Positions 9,059-18,257 are shown, counted from the first letter of the stretch. The stretch: DNA of 64,000 nucleotides from Dehalococcoidia bacterium (GCA_963663895.2 CAXXRD010000001.1:768001-832000); one strand, 5' to 3'. The notes: generated from the sequence alone by a model not told the origin. Translations and numbers: made by a program.

Positions 9059-10102
9059 ATGGCGTCCGAGACAGAAGCGCAGGCGCTGCTCGACAAGCAA
9101 GCGATCTGGGACCGGATCATGCTCTACGCGCGCGGGGTCGACCGCTGCGATTGGGATCTGGTGCGGTCCTGCTTCAGCGAGGGGGCGCTCGACGAGCACG
9201 GCGTCTTCAAGGGAACGCTGGACGAATTCGTGCCGTGGATCCAGGAAGCGCTGGCTCGCTATCGCGTGACGATGCACACCGTGAGCAACGTCCAGGTGGA
9301 GCTGGAAGGGGATGTCGCGCATGCCGAGTCGTACGTGACGGCATACCACCGGCTGCCCGGCGCGGACGGGAAGCCCGAGCAGGACTTCGTGGTGGGAGCG
9401 CGCTGGAATGATCGGCTGGACCGGCAGGGCGACGACTGGCTGATCAGTCATCGGCAGGTGGTGTGGGATTGGAACAAGATCGAGCCGGTGGGGCGCGAAT
9501 GGGATTTCAATGAGAGGTATGTGAAGGCACGACGGGACCGGCAGGATCCGGTCTATGACCGGCCGGCGTTCTCGCCGGATTTCCAGCGGCCGAAGGACTT
9601 AGCGGGGCGCGTTCAAGAGTTGGCGGACAAACAGACGATCCGCGAGACGCTGTATCGCTACTGCCGGGGCGTCGATCGGCTGGACCCGGAGCTGATCCGG
9701 TCCTGCTACTACCCGGATGCGACAGACGACCATGGAACGTACCAAGGGCACCGAGACGGGTTCGTGCGGCACGCCGGGGACGGACTCGCGACCATGTTGG
9801 GGACGATGCACTACATCGGCAACGTGCTGGTCGATGTGCAGGACCGAGTAGCCTACAGCGAGTCATACTGTGTCGCTTACCACCGGATGCCGTCACGGAA
9901 GACGGGAGTGGCGGAGCACGTGGTGGCCTGCCGGTACGTGGACCGGTTCGAGCGCCGGGCAGAGCGGCCCTGGCTGCTGGGGGACCGGACGGTCACGTAC
10001 GAATGGAGCCGGATCGACCCGGTGGGCGAAGAGCAAGCGTATGCGCCGTCGTTCCAGCGGGCGCAGCGCAACAAGAGCGACCTCATTTACCAGCGTCCTT
10101 GA
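9059..10102 (+). CDS. Tandem SnoaL-like (NTF2-fold) domain protein
   Basis: Two homologous halves, each with DKQxI...RGVDRxD...RSC...DxHG...TMH...NV...ESY..AYHR. Confidence 0.85.
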   Translation: MASETEAQALLDKQAIWDRIMLYARGVDRCDWDLVRSCFSEGALDEHGVFKGTLDEFVPWIQEALARYRVTMHTVSNVQVELEGDVAHAESYVTAYHRLPGADGKPEQDFVVGARWNDRLDRQGDDWLISHRQVVWDWNKIEPVGREWDFNERYVKARRDRQDPVYDRPAFSPDFQRPKDLAGRVQELADKQTIRETLYRYCRGVDRLDPELIRSCYYPDATDDHGTYQGHRDGFVRHAGDGLATMLGTMHYIGNVLVDVQDRVAYSESYCVAYHRMPSRKTGVAEHVVACRYVDRFERRAERPWLLGDRTVTYEWSRIDPVGEEQAYAPSFQRAQRNKSDLIYQRP

Positions 10103-10141
10103 ACGGCGCGCTCCGGGCAGCACTGTAACGAGAGAGCAGCG

Positions 10142-10615
10142 ATGGCGGAGTTCACGTACCTCTCGAAGAACCGGTTGGTGCTGAAGGATGGCGTGCGGCA
10201 TGCGTACCTAGGCGAGGTGCCAGAGCCGGTGCCGTACGGGGTGCAGGGGGCATTGCGCGAATACTACGGAGCGCCCGCCGGTGGCCCGCCGGTAGCGGCG
10301 ACGCTGGATCATATCGTGGCGGCGGTGGGTGGGTGAATGTACGGCACGCTCGCACGGGCGCTGCGAGCACGGAATGTGGAATTTGACCCGGCAACGTATA
10401 CGGCGGATGTCGAGGGGACGATCGAGGGGCCGGCCGGGCAGGGATCGCCGATCCGGATCACGCGGATCCACGTGCATTATCAGATCGAGATGCTGTCGGG
10501 GGATCGGGAAGCGGCCGAGCGGGCGGTGGCGGTGCACGCGGCAGGGTGTCCGGCGCACGAGAGCGTGAAGGCGGCGATCGCGATCACCGCTTCAGCGGAG
10601 ATCCGCGAGCGCTAG
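10142..10615 (+). CDS. OsmC/Ohr-family protein, probable selenoprotein (UGA 10334-10336 = Sec65, 157 aa)
   Basis: ORFs 10142-10336 and 10337-10615 are in one frame separated only by TGA; LDHIVAAVGG-U aligns with the first OsmC Cys, and AAGCPAHESV supplies the second (CP). Confidence 0.8.
10348..10368 (+). promoter_or_regulatory. Candidate bacterial SECIS hairpin
   Basis: Perfect 7-bp stem GCTCGCA/TGCGAGC with G-rich loop CGGGCGC starting 18 nt after the UGA. Confidence 0.65.
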
Positions 10616-10627
10616 CCGCGGCGGGCG

Positions 10628-10798
10628 CTAGCTCGTGCTCCCCCTGTCTTTGCGGACGGCCTTGCGAGCGCGCTTGAGGATGGCGTCGCGGTAGATCTTG
10701 CGAAGAGAGGCCCCGTGCATGCGGAGAGCGCGGCGCTCCTTTTGGCGCCGGGCGCTGCGGCGCTCGCCGCGGGTGGGTTGATCGCCCGGGTCGGTCAT
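10628..10798 (-). CDS. Small basic hypothetical protein (56 aa)
   Basis: MTDPGDQPTRGERRSARRQKERRALRMHGASLRKIYRDAILKRARK; fills the gap between OsmC and larA. Confidence 0.5.
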   Translation of the reverse strand: MTDPGDQPTRGERRSARRQKERRALRMHGASLRKIYRDAILKRARKAVRKDRGSTS

Positions 10799-10868
10799 GT
10801 CCGTGAGTGTAGGGCGCGTTGACCGTGCGGAAGCGGCCGTGCGACGCTCGCGCCGGGAGGAAAACAAC

Positions 10869-12158
10869 ATGCGGGTGGAGCTGCTGTACGGGGAGCAGGG
10901 GCTGGAGGTGGATCTGCCGGATGGCAGCGACGTGATCCGGCCGAGGGAATCGACGCCGCTGGCGGATCCGGAATCGGCGTTGCGCGACGCGCTGGCCCGG
11001 CCGATTGGGGCGCCGCCGCTATGCGATCTGGTGCGGGCGGACGATCGGGTGACGATCGTGTTCAGCGACCTGACGCGGCCGGCGCCAAACCGATTGTTGG
11101 CACCGGTGCTGCTGCGGGTGGTGGAGGGAGCGGGGATGCCGCGCGATCGGATCACGCTGTTGGTGGGGACGGGGCTGCACCGGCAGATGTCGGCGGCGGA
11201 AGTGAAGGCCCTGTTGGGGCCCGAGGTGGCGAAAGGCTACCGGGTGGTCGTGCATGATGCGCGGGATCCGGACTCGTTGACGTTTCTGCGCCGCTATCCG
11301 GGAGAGCGGCGGGGCGGCATCTATCTCAACTCGACCTATCTGCAGGCGAGCGTGCGGATCGTGACGGGGTTCGTGGAGCCGCACATCTTCGCCGGGTACA
11401 GCGGGGGCGGGAAGGGCGTGCTGCCGGGCGTGGCGGCGGCCCCCAACATCATGCGCAACCACAGCGCGGAGAATCTGCTGCATCCGCAAGCGACCTTCTG
11501 CGTGGGGGCGGGCAATCCCATTTTCGAGGAGATGCGCGACGTGGCCGTGGCCTCCGAGGTGACGTTTCTCTGCAACGTGACGCTGACGGCGGACAAGGCG
11601 GTCAGCGGCTTCTTCTGCGGGGATCTGGTGGAGGCGCACGAGGCAGCGATGGCGGAGGTGGACCGGTCCGCGGTGCGGCCGGTGCCCCATGCCTACGACA
11701 TCGTGGTAGCGACGAACGGAGGATACCCCGCCGATCTCAACGTCTATCAGTCGATCAAGGGGATGGCGGCGGCGGCGCGGGCGGTGCGGGAGGGAGGCGC
11801 GATCGTGCTGGCATCGGAGTGCCGGGAGGGCGTGGGGAACGAAGACTACGCAGAGTTTTTGTCGTCGCGGGAGAGTCCGGAGGCGTTGATGGCGATGCTG
11901 CTGGAGCCCGGGTTCCACCGGATCGACCAATGGGGGATTCAGTGCCAGGCGATGGCGCAGCTGAAGGCGGAGGTGCACCTCTACTCGTCGCTGGCGGCGG
12001 AGACGGTGCGGGCGGCGCACCTCACGCCGTGCGCAGACGTGTCGGCGACGGTGGCGGAGCTGGCCCGACGGGTGGAGGAGCAGTCGGGGGAGCGGGCCAA
12101 GGTGCTGGCGCTACCGTCCGGGTTCCAGGCGATCCCCACGGTGCCGACGGCGGAGTAG
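10869..12158 (+). CDS. larA: Nickel-pincer-dependent lactate racemase family protein
   Basis: SDLTRP, GTGLHR, EPHIFAGYSGGGKG, RNHS, DLNVYQSIKG; GGGAGG RBS before ATG 10869. Substrate not inferable. Confidence 0.88.
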   Translation: MRVELLYGEQGLEVDLPDGSDVIRPRESTPLADPESALRDALARPIGAPPLCDLVRADDRVTIVFSDLTRPAPNRLLAPVLLRVVEGAGMPRDRITLLVGTGLHRQMSAAEVKALLGPEVAKGYRVVVHDARDPDSLTFLRRYPGERRGGIYLNSTYLQASVRIVTGFVEPHIFAGYSGGGKGVLPGVAAAPNIMRNHSAENLLHPQATFCVGAGNPIFEEMRDVAVASEVTFLCNVTLTADKAVSGFFCGDLVEAHEAAMAEVDRSAVRPVPHAYDIVVATNGGYPADLNVYQSIKGMAAAARAVREGGAIVLASECREGVGNEDYAEFLSSRESPEALMAMLLEPGFHRIDQWGIQCQAMAQLKAEVHLYSSLAAETVRAAHLTPCADVSATVAELARRVEEQSGERAKVLALPSGFQAIPTVPTAE

Positions 12159-12160
12159 CG

Positions 12161-13375
12161 CTAATACGACTTGGGCAGGCCGAGGCCGCGGGCGGCGATG
12201 ATGTTGCGCTGCACTTCGCTGGTGCCGCCTTCGATGGTGTTGGCGACGGAGCGCAGGTACCAGTACTCGTAGCGGCCGCCCTTGGGAGCGAGCTCGGGGT
12301 TGCCGGAGGCTTGCATCTGGGGAGTGAGCTGGCCGTAGAGGCCGAGCAGCTTCACGGCGGTGCGGTAGAGGCGCTGGTTGAGCTCGTTGGTATAGAGCTT
12401 GGCGATCGACGCCTCGGCGTTGGGGGGGCGGCCGCGGCTCTGCATGGAGACGACGCGGCAGGCGAGCAGGCGGCCGGCGAGGGCGGCGATGTAGAGGTCG
12501 GCGAGCTCGTAGCGGAGAAGCGGGTTGCGATGGAGGAGGGAGGCCGTGCCGACCTTCTGCTTGGCGAAGGCGACGAGGTCCTCGAGCGCCTGGCGCTGGC
12601 CGACGGCGGCGCCGATGCTGCTGCGCTCGATGTCGAGCGTTTGGACGGCGCCGTACCAGCCGCGATTGACCTCGCCCAGGACGTTGACGTGGGGGACGCG
12701 GACGTCCTCGAAGTAGACCTCGTTGAACTCGGCGGAGTTCGTCATCTGCACGAGGGGCCGCACGCTGACGCCGGGCGCGCGCATGTCGACGATGAAGTAG
12801 GTAATGCCTTTGTGCTTGGGTGCATCGGGATCGCTGCGGGCGAGGAGGATCATCCAGTCGGCGTGCCGGGCGCCGCTGGTCCAGATCTTCTGGCCGTTGA
12901 TGATCCAGTCGTCGCCGTCGCGGACGGCGCGGGTCTGGAGACCGGCGAGGTCTGAGCCGGCGCCCGGTTCGGAGTAGCCCTGGCACCAGATGACCTCGCC
13001 GCTGAGGATGGGCGGCAGGTGCTCCTTCCTCTGCTCGTCGGTTCCGAGAGCGACGATGGTGCCGCCGGCGATCTGGACGGTGATGATGCCGGGCCGGACG
13101 GCGCGCGCCTCCGCCATCTCCTCGTTGAAGATGAACTGCTCCATGATGGACATGCCGGCCCCGCCGTATTCGGCCGGCCAGGAGGGAGCGATCCAGCCGC
13201 GCTCCGAGAGCTTGCGGAACCAGATGCGGGTCGTCGGGGTGAGCGCGTGCTGATCGGACCCCGGGGGGCGTTCGGCGTTGATCCGGACGCGCAGGGGATC
13301 GTAGGCATCGTGGAGAAAGCCGCGCACCTGGGAGCGGAAGTCTGCCTCGGCTGGGGGATCGTGGAAGTCGACCAC
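12161..13375 (-). CDS. Acyl-CoA dehydrogenase family protein
   Basis: WCQGYSEPGAGSDLAGL, INGQKIWTS, FNEVYFEDVRVP, TIEGGTSEVQRNII. Confidence 0.95.
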   Translation of the reverse strand: MVDFHDPPAEADFRSQVRGFLHDAYDPLRVRINAERPPGSDQHALTPTTRIWFRKLSERGWIAPSWPAEYGGAGMSIMEQFIFNEEMAEARAVRPGIITVQIAGGTIVALGTDEQRKEHLPPILSGEVIWCQGYSEPGAGSDLAGLQTRAVRDGDDWIINGQKIWTSGARHADWMILLARSDPDAPKHKGITYFIVDMRAPGVSVRPLVQMTNSAEFNEVYFEDVRVPHVNVLGEVNRGWYGAVQTLDIERSSIGAAVGQRQALEDLVAFAKQKVGTASLLHRNPLLRYELADLYIAALAGRLLACRVVSMQSRGRPPNAEASIAKLYTNELNQRLYRTAVKLLGLYGQLTPQMQASGNPELAPKGGRYEYWYLRSVANTIEGGTSEVQRNIIAARGLGLPKSY

Positions 13376-13461
13376 GGGGTCCTCCGTGCGAGGCGATTCT
13401 AGCCGACGCTCCGACCGAGTGCGGTGCGCGCGGCCGAGTTCCTGGGTACGATTCGAGTGCG

Positions 13462-14199
13462 ATGGTGCGACAGAAGATTCCGGAGGCCGAGGCGCGGCGG
13501 CTGCTGGGCGGAGCGCCGGTGCTGCTGGTGACGACGCGCTGGCAGGCGGTGTCGAACGTCTTCGCGGTGGCGTGGGCGATGCCGGTGAGCACGAACCCGC
13601 CGCTGCTGGCGATCGCGGTGCACCCGTCGCGGCACAGCCACGACATGATCAGCTTCGGGGAGAGCTTCGCGCTCAACATCCCGGCCCGGGTGCTGCTGAA
13701 TCACACGCAATGGGTGGGGATGGTGAGCGGCGTGCAGCTGGAGAAGCTGGATGTGGCGCGGCTGCCCCACTTCCGGGCCAAGGAGGTCGAGGCTCCGCTG
13801 ATCGAGGGCTGCGTGGGTTGGATCGAGTGCACGGTTTCGGACACATTCACGACGGGCGACCACACGCTCTTCATCGGGAAAATCGTGGCGGCGCACGTCG
13901 ACACGGAGGCGTGGGACGCGGAGCGGAAGGTGTGGTCGCTGACCGACGAGGAATACCAGCCCCTGCACTACCTGGGGGGGCGGAGCTACGCGATGCTGGA
14001 CTCGGTCTTCGACTCGGAGGTGGAGGCGCGGTCGGCGGAGCAGATGGAAGAGGAGGGCTTCGGAAAGGAGCTGGAGGAGGCGGAGGAGGAGCGGCGCCGG
14101 AAACGGGAAGAGGCGGAGCAGAGCCGGGCCGAGAGCGAGCAGCGGGGCGAAGAGGAGGTCTCCCCGGCGAAGGCGCCACGAGAGCGACCGGAAGGGTAA
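13462..14199 (+). CDS. Flavin reductase-like FMN-binding protein with charged C-terminal tail
   Basis: PVLLVTT, STNPPLLAIAV, FALNIP, APLIEGCVGWIEC, GDHTLFIGKI, LHYLGG. Confidence 0.88.
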   Translation: MVRQKIPEAEARRLLGGAPVLLVTTRWQAVSNVFAVAWAMPVSTNPPLLAIAVHPSRHSHDMISFGESFALNIPARVLLNHTQWVGMVSGVQLEKLDVARLPHFRAKEVEAPLIEGCVGWIECTVSDTFTTGDHTLFIGKIVAAHVDTEAWDAERKVWSLTDEEYQPLHYLGGRSYAMLDSVFDSEVEARSAEQMEEEGFGKELEEAEEERRRKREEAEQSRAESEQRGEEEVSPAKAPRERPEG

Positions 14200-14381
14200 C
14201 GGACAAGAGGCGTCATGCGCCGCCGACTGCGAAACGGGCACCAGTTGCAGACGGCACCGGCGGGCATCGACCAAATAGCCACAGCCCCCGTGCGGCCGCT
14301 GGAGATGCGGTAGCGGAGGACCCCACAGCGTTACGGTGACGGCGAGCCTATCGCAAGCCTGCGAACTGCTAGGCTCGCGAT

Positions 14382-15263
14382 GTGCGGAAGATCTATTTCG
14401 GCGACAACCTCCCGATCCTGCGAGAGATGCCGAGCGGCCAGGCCGATCTGGTCTACATCGATCCGCCGTTCAATACCGGGGGATGGCAGACGCGGACGCG
14501 GCTGCGAACGGTCAGGGACGACAACGGCGATCGCGTCGGATTCCAGGGGAAACGCTACCGCAGCGAGCAGATCTCTAAGAGCCAGTTCCATGACCAGTTC
14601 GACGACTTCCTGGCCTTCCTGGAGCCGCGGCTCATCGAGATCAAGCGCCTCCTCTCGGACAGCGGCTCGCTCTACTTCCACATCGATTACCGCGAGGTGC
14701 ACTACTGCAAAGTCCTGCTCGATCAGATCTTCGGGCGCGACTGCTTCCTGAACGAGATCATCTGGGCCTACGACTACGGCGGACGGCCCAAGCGGCGCTG
14801 GCCGGCCAAGCACGACAACATCCTGCTGTACGTCAAGGACCCGCAGCGGTACACCTTCAACCGCGACGACATCGACCGGATTCCCTACATGGCGCCGGGG
14901 CTGGTGGGGCCGGAGAAGGCGGCCAAGGGCAAGCTGCCCACCGACACCTGGTGGCACACGATCGTCGCCCCCGGGAGCAAGGAGAAGACAGGCTATCCCA
15001 CACAGAAGCCGGAGCCCCTGATCGAGCGGATCGTGCGGGCGTCGAGCTCACCGGGATCCGTCGTGCTGGACTGCTTCGCCGGATCGGGCACCACGGGGGC
15101 CGTCTGCGCCCGCCTCGATCGCGGCTTCGTCCTGATCGACAACAACGAAGAGGCGATCCGGATCATGCGCCACAGGTTGCCCAAGGACGCCGAACTGATT
15201 GGCTGTGCGTCTCTCGACCCGGAATCCGCCTCAGCAGCCGGAGTTCAAGCCGCGCTCTTGTAA
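14382..15263 (+). CDS. Site-specific DNA amino-methyltransferase, beta class (probably m6A)
   Basis: YIDPPF (motif IV) precedes YPTQKP and VLDCFAGSGTT (motif I). Confidence 0.93.
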   Translation: MRKIYFGDNLPILREMPSGQADLVYIDPPFNTGGWQTRTRLRTVRDDNGDRVGFQGKRYRSEQISKSQFHDQFDDFLAFLEPRLIEIKRLLSDSGSLYFHIDYREVHYCKVLLDQIFGRDCFLNEIIWAYDYGGRPKRRWPAKHDNILLYVKDPQRYTFNRDDIDRIPYMAPGLVGPEKAAKGKLPTDTWWHTIVAPGSKEKTGYPTQKPEPLIERIVRASSSPGSVVLDCFAGSGTTGAVCARLDRGFVLIDNNEEAIRIMRHRLPKDAELIGCASLDPESASAAGVQAALL

Positions 15264-15274
15264 GCACGCGTCAA

Positions 15275-15799
15275 ATGGATGACCACTTTTCCACTCTTGT
15301 TCGAGTTGCTGAAGAACTCAAAGTTCAAGAAGAAGCTCGAAGTGGATCTGATGCCTGGGAGAACAGTCCGTTTCAATGGATGACAAAAGGGCTTTCTTCA
15401 AGAACGAAGGGTGCCATTTTTGAGAAAATCGTTGAGGGATGGTGCCACGCGAACCGCTTGAATGTTCGCCGAAGTCCAGATTCCGAGGCTGACCGTTTGA
15501 TCGGCGGGACAAGAGTTGAGATCAAGGGCTCGACACTATGGAAGGGTGGGACTTTCAAGTTCCAACAGATACGCGATCAGAACTATGAGTTTTGCGTTTG
15601 CCTTGGGATCGAGCCGTGTGATGCACACTGCTGGGTGATTCCAAAGTCCGTGATCTTGGCTAAAGCGAGGGGGCAACACACTGGAGGAGAGGCAAGCGAC
15701 ACCCAGTGGCTTTCGTTCAAGGCAGCGACTCCCCCTAGCTGGCTCGCAGATTACGGCGGGTCACTTGCCGCGGCGGCCGAGCGGTTGCGCGCTCTATAG
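15275..15799 (+). CDS. Probable type II restriction endonuclease (PD-(D/E)xK)
   Basis: 11 bp after the MTase, lower GC; KGAIFEK...EADRLIGGTRVEIKGS fits E...D...ExK. Confidence 0.65.
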   Translation: MDDHFSTLVRVAEELKVQEEARSGSDAWENSPFQWMTKGLSSRTKGAIFEKIVEGWCHANRLNVRRSPDSEADRLIGGTRVEIKGSTLWKGGTFKFQQIRDQNYEFCVCLGIEPCDAHCWVIPKSVILAKARGQHTGGEASDTQWLSFKAATPPSWLADYGGSLAAAAERLRAL

Positions 15800-15906
15800 C
15801 TCGGGCCTCTCTCCAAGGCGATCGTTGCATGGGCGTGGGAACAAGCGGCGGGTGGGTGGCATGCCCACGAAGCGCCCTCTACCAGGGAATCGCGCGGCGC
15901 GGACAC

Positions 15907-16845
15907 TCAATTCCCGTTCTGCCGGGCATACAGAAAGTCCACGGGATCAATGCTCCCCGAGGTTCCGGCGCCGTCGGAGATCGAGCAGGGATCGCCCGTG
16001 TTCGTCGATACTTCCACATGGACATGGAGCCCTTCGCCGGGCGCTCGATTTAATCCCAAATTACCGATAGTGCCGAGCCGATCGCCTCGAGCAACGGCCT
16101 TGCCAAGGAACAGACTTTCGTCGTGGGGTCCGTGCAAGTACTTCACGATGTGGTCGCCGGTACGGACGGCAATAAGGCCGTACCTGCCCGCGCCGGGCTG
16201 ACATGCCACGGTGCCACTGGTCAAGGAGAAGAATGCATGTCCGGTGCCCCCGCGGTCAGTTCGGTCGACATCCCAGCCAGAGTGGCCGCCCCGATAGCCG
16301 GGATGGGCAGGATGGCCTCCTTGACCGCACCAGCTGCCGCTGTGTGAGTATCCATCGGGGTGAGAATGCGGGTCGTTCGGGCAATTGCGGTAGTCGTTGT
16401 AGCCGAACGCAAGACTCGCGCCATATTTGAACAAGGCTTCAGCCAGTACTCTCTGTTTTTCTGTTCTACTAACGGCCGCGAACGTGTCGCCATGGTCGTC
16501 CGCGAACGGGTCCACCTCCACGGGTACCGACACCGTGACGAAGTTGGACTGGCGGAAGCGCCCCGACGGGCTCCGCTCCGACATGTCCAGCGGCGTGTTG
16601 TGCGTCGTCCACGTGCCCTCCGCGGGCCGCGTGCTCAGGTACAGGGCGCCGTCGTTGACGCCCTGCCACACGCGGACCTCCACGTCGGCGGTCGTCTCCA
16701 CGGTGCGCGACTGCGCGTAGGCGACGGCCGAGCCGGCGGCGATCACCAGGACCAAGGCGGCGATGATCAGGTTCTTGCACGTGGAGCATCCCCCCTTTTT
16801 CTTTTCGTTTCTTCGGCCGCGGCCGGCGGGCGGCGGGCCTGGCAT
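15907..16845 (-). CDS. Exported M23-family metallopeptidase-like protein (start uncertain)
   Basis: Signal peptide KNLIIAALVLVIAAGSAVAYAQ; HSGWD (HxxxD), YLH, GNLG, HVH. Nearest in-frame ATG is 16845; ATG 16789 is one base out of frame. Confidence 0.7.
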   Translation of the reverse strand: MPGPPPAGRGRRNEKKKGGCSTCKNLIIAALVLVIAAGSAVAYAQSRTVETTADVEVRVWQGVNDGALYLSTRPAEGTWTTHNTPLDMSERSPSGRFRQSNFVTVSVPVEVDPFADDHGDTFAAVSRTEKQRVLAEALFKYGASLAFGYNDYRNCPNDPHSHPDGYSHSGSWCGQGGHPAHPGYRGGHSGWDVDRTDRGGTGHAFFSLTSGTVACQPGAGRYGLIAVRTGDHIVKYLHGPHDESLFLGKAVARGDRLGTIGNLGLNRAPGEGLHVHVEVSTNTGDPCSISDGAGTSGSIDPVDFLYARQNGN

Positions 16846-17020
16846 CCCGGCCACCGACACGCGTGTCGCCGCGAGCGGAGGGACCGCCGCGACGGCGCGC
16901 TCATCCTGTAGAGCTGGCGGGCAGTGGCGGCCACCGCAGCCGCCGCCCTCGTCCCTAGCCCGCAGGCGTCCGCCGCGCCCGGCGGTTCCAATGCCGTCCG
17001 CCTGGCGGAGGCCGGGCGGC

Positions 17021-18145
17021 TCAGCCGGCCGCTGCCTCAGCCTCGGGCGCGCAGCCGACGGTCCACTCGCCACTGACGGCGGCCTCGACTTGGACGATGG
17101 CGATCTTTCCCTTGCCGACGATCAAGGGTCCTGTGAAGACCCCTTCTTCAATCGGCGCGCCGGTGGTGAAGTAATGATCGACCGTCCAGGACTCGCCATC
17201 ATCCGACACACGGGTGAAGGCGCTGAACGCAGCGGGCGCGAGGGCAGACCCATCCCATGCCAAGTTATTGCGGACGGTCACCGTGCAGGTATAGCGGCCA
17301 GTGGACAAGGAGAACTCAGCATCCTGCACAAACTTGTCGCCGGTGCCGCTCACGCTGACCGTGGGCGGGGCCGGGGGCGGGGGCGCGTCCGTCGTCGTAC
17401 AGCGGATCGTCCAGGGCGCGTTCGCGGCGGTGATGACTTGGAACCGGATGATCCCCGCCGCGACGTGGGCGTCCGGGCCGTCGCCGACGATCAGCGGCCA
17501 CACCTCCCAGCCGCCCGCGGTCACCGACCGCTGCACGGGGACAAGGGTCCACAGAGAGTAGGATCGCCAAGGCTCGTCGCTCGGCGGGTCCAGGTCCGGG
17601 ACATGGACGAAGAAAGACTCGCCCGCGTTGTCGGCCACGGTCGCCGCGCAGTTATAGCGGCCGGGGGCGAAGATGAGGTCCACGTTGGCGGGGTAGTAGC
17701 CAAAGCCCTGGGGAGCCATGAGGCCCGTCCCGCTGGTTTCGACCAAGGGCGTCGGCAGAACGGGGACGGTGAATGTGTGGAAGGCTAGCGCGTCGCCGCC
17801 GACGGCGCGCAGCCGGAACCAGTAGATGCCGCCAGGCTCGATCTGGCTGAGGCGGTTGATGCGATCGGGTGCGTTCGGGTGCCAGAGCTGCCACGACTGG
17901 GCGGCGTTGTCCCAAGCCGCCACGGTGACGATTGCCCACTGGCCGCCTGCCGCCACGGCCTTCGCCACATCGGGCAGGGCACGGGTCGCGTTGCCGCTGA
18001 GGCCGCCGTCGTAGACGATCTCCACCCAGCCCGTGGGGGGATCGTCGCTATCGGCGTGCACGGGCGTTCGCGCGACGGCACCAACGGCGGCGATCAGGGC
18101 GAGGGCGGCGAGGAGGTACAGGAACCGGGGCCGGAAGATGGACAT
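17021..18145 (-). CDS. Exported hypothetical protein
   Basis: GAAAGG RBS, signal peptide ending VHA, Pro-rich linker, two similar beta-rich modules (GRYxC..TV..N...WT..C). Confidence 0.75.
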   Translation of the reverse strand: MSIFRPRFLYLLAALALIAAVGAVARTPVHADSDDPPTGWVEIVYDGGLSGNATRALPDVAKAVAAGGQWAIVTVAAWDNAAQSWQLWHPNAPDRINRLSQIEPGGIYWFRLRAVGGDALAFHTFTVPVLPTPLVETSGTGLMAPQGFGYYPANVDLIFAPGRYNCAATVADNAGESFFVHVPDLDPPSDEPWRSYSLWTLVPVQRSVTAGGWEVWPLIVGDGPDAHVAAGIIRFQVITAANAPWTIRCTTTDAPPPPAPPTVSVSGTGDKFVQDAEFSLSTGRYTCTVTVRNNLAWDGSALAPAAFSAFTRVSDDGESWTVDHYFTTGAPIEEGVFTGPLIVGKGKIAIVQVEAAVSGEWTVGCAPEAEAAAG

Positions 18146-18223
18146 GGGCAGCCTTTCTCAGCGGAACACCCCTACCACGCGAGCGGGCGATGCGACCCGC
18201 GGGGGAGGGCCATTCGGTATGGA

Positions 18224-18257
18224 AGACTACCCCCCCCCCCCCCAGTCAAGGAGTCAA
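18224..18257 (-). promoter_or_regulatory. Sigma70-type promoter with poly-G spacer
   Basis: Minus strand: TTGACT-CC-TTGACT(18249-18244)-G14(18243-18230)-TAGTCT(18229-18224), about 80 bp upstream of ATG 18145. Confidence 0.65.

Noticed and set aside
14200-14380. attR copy of the tRNA 3' end at the island's left border
   Set aside because: Only a weak partial match (TAGCGGAG) was seen; not convincing.
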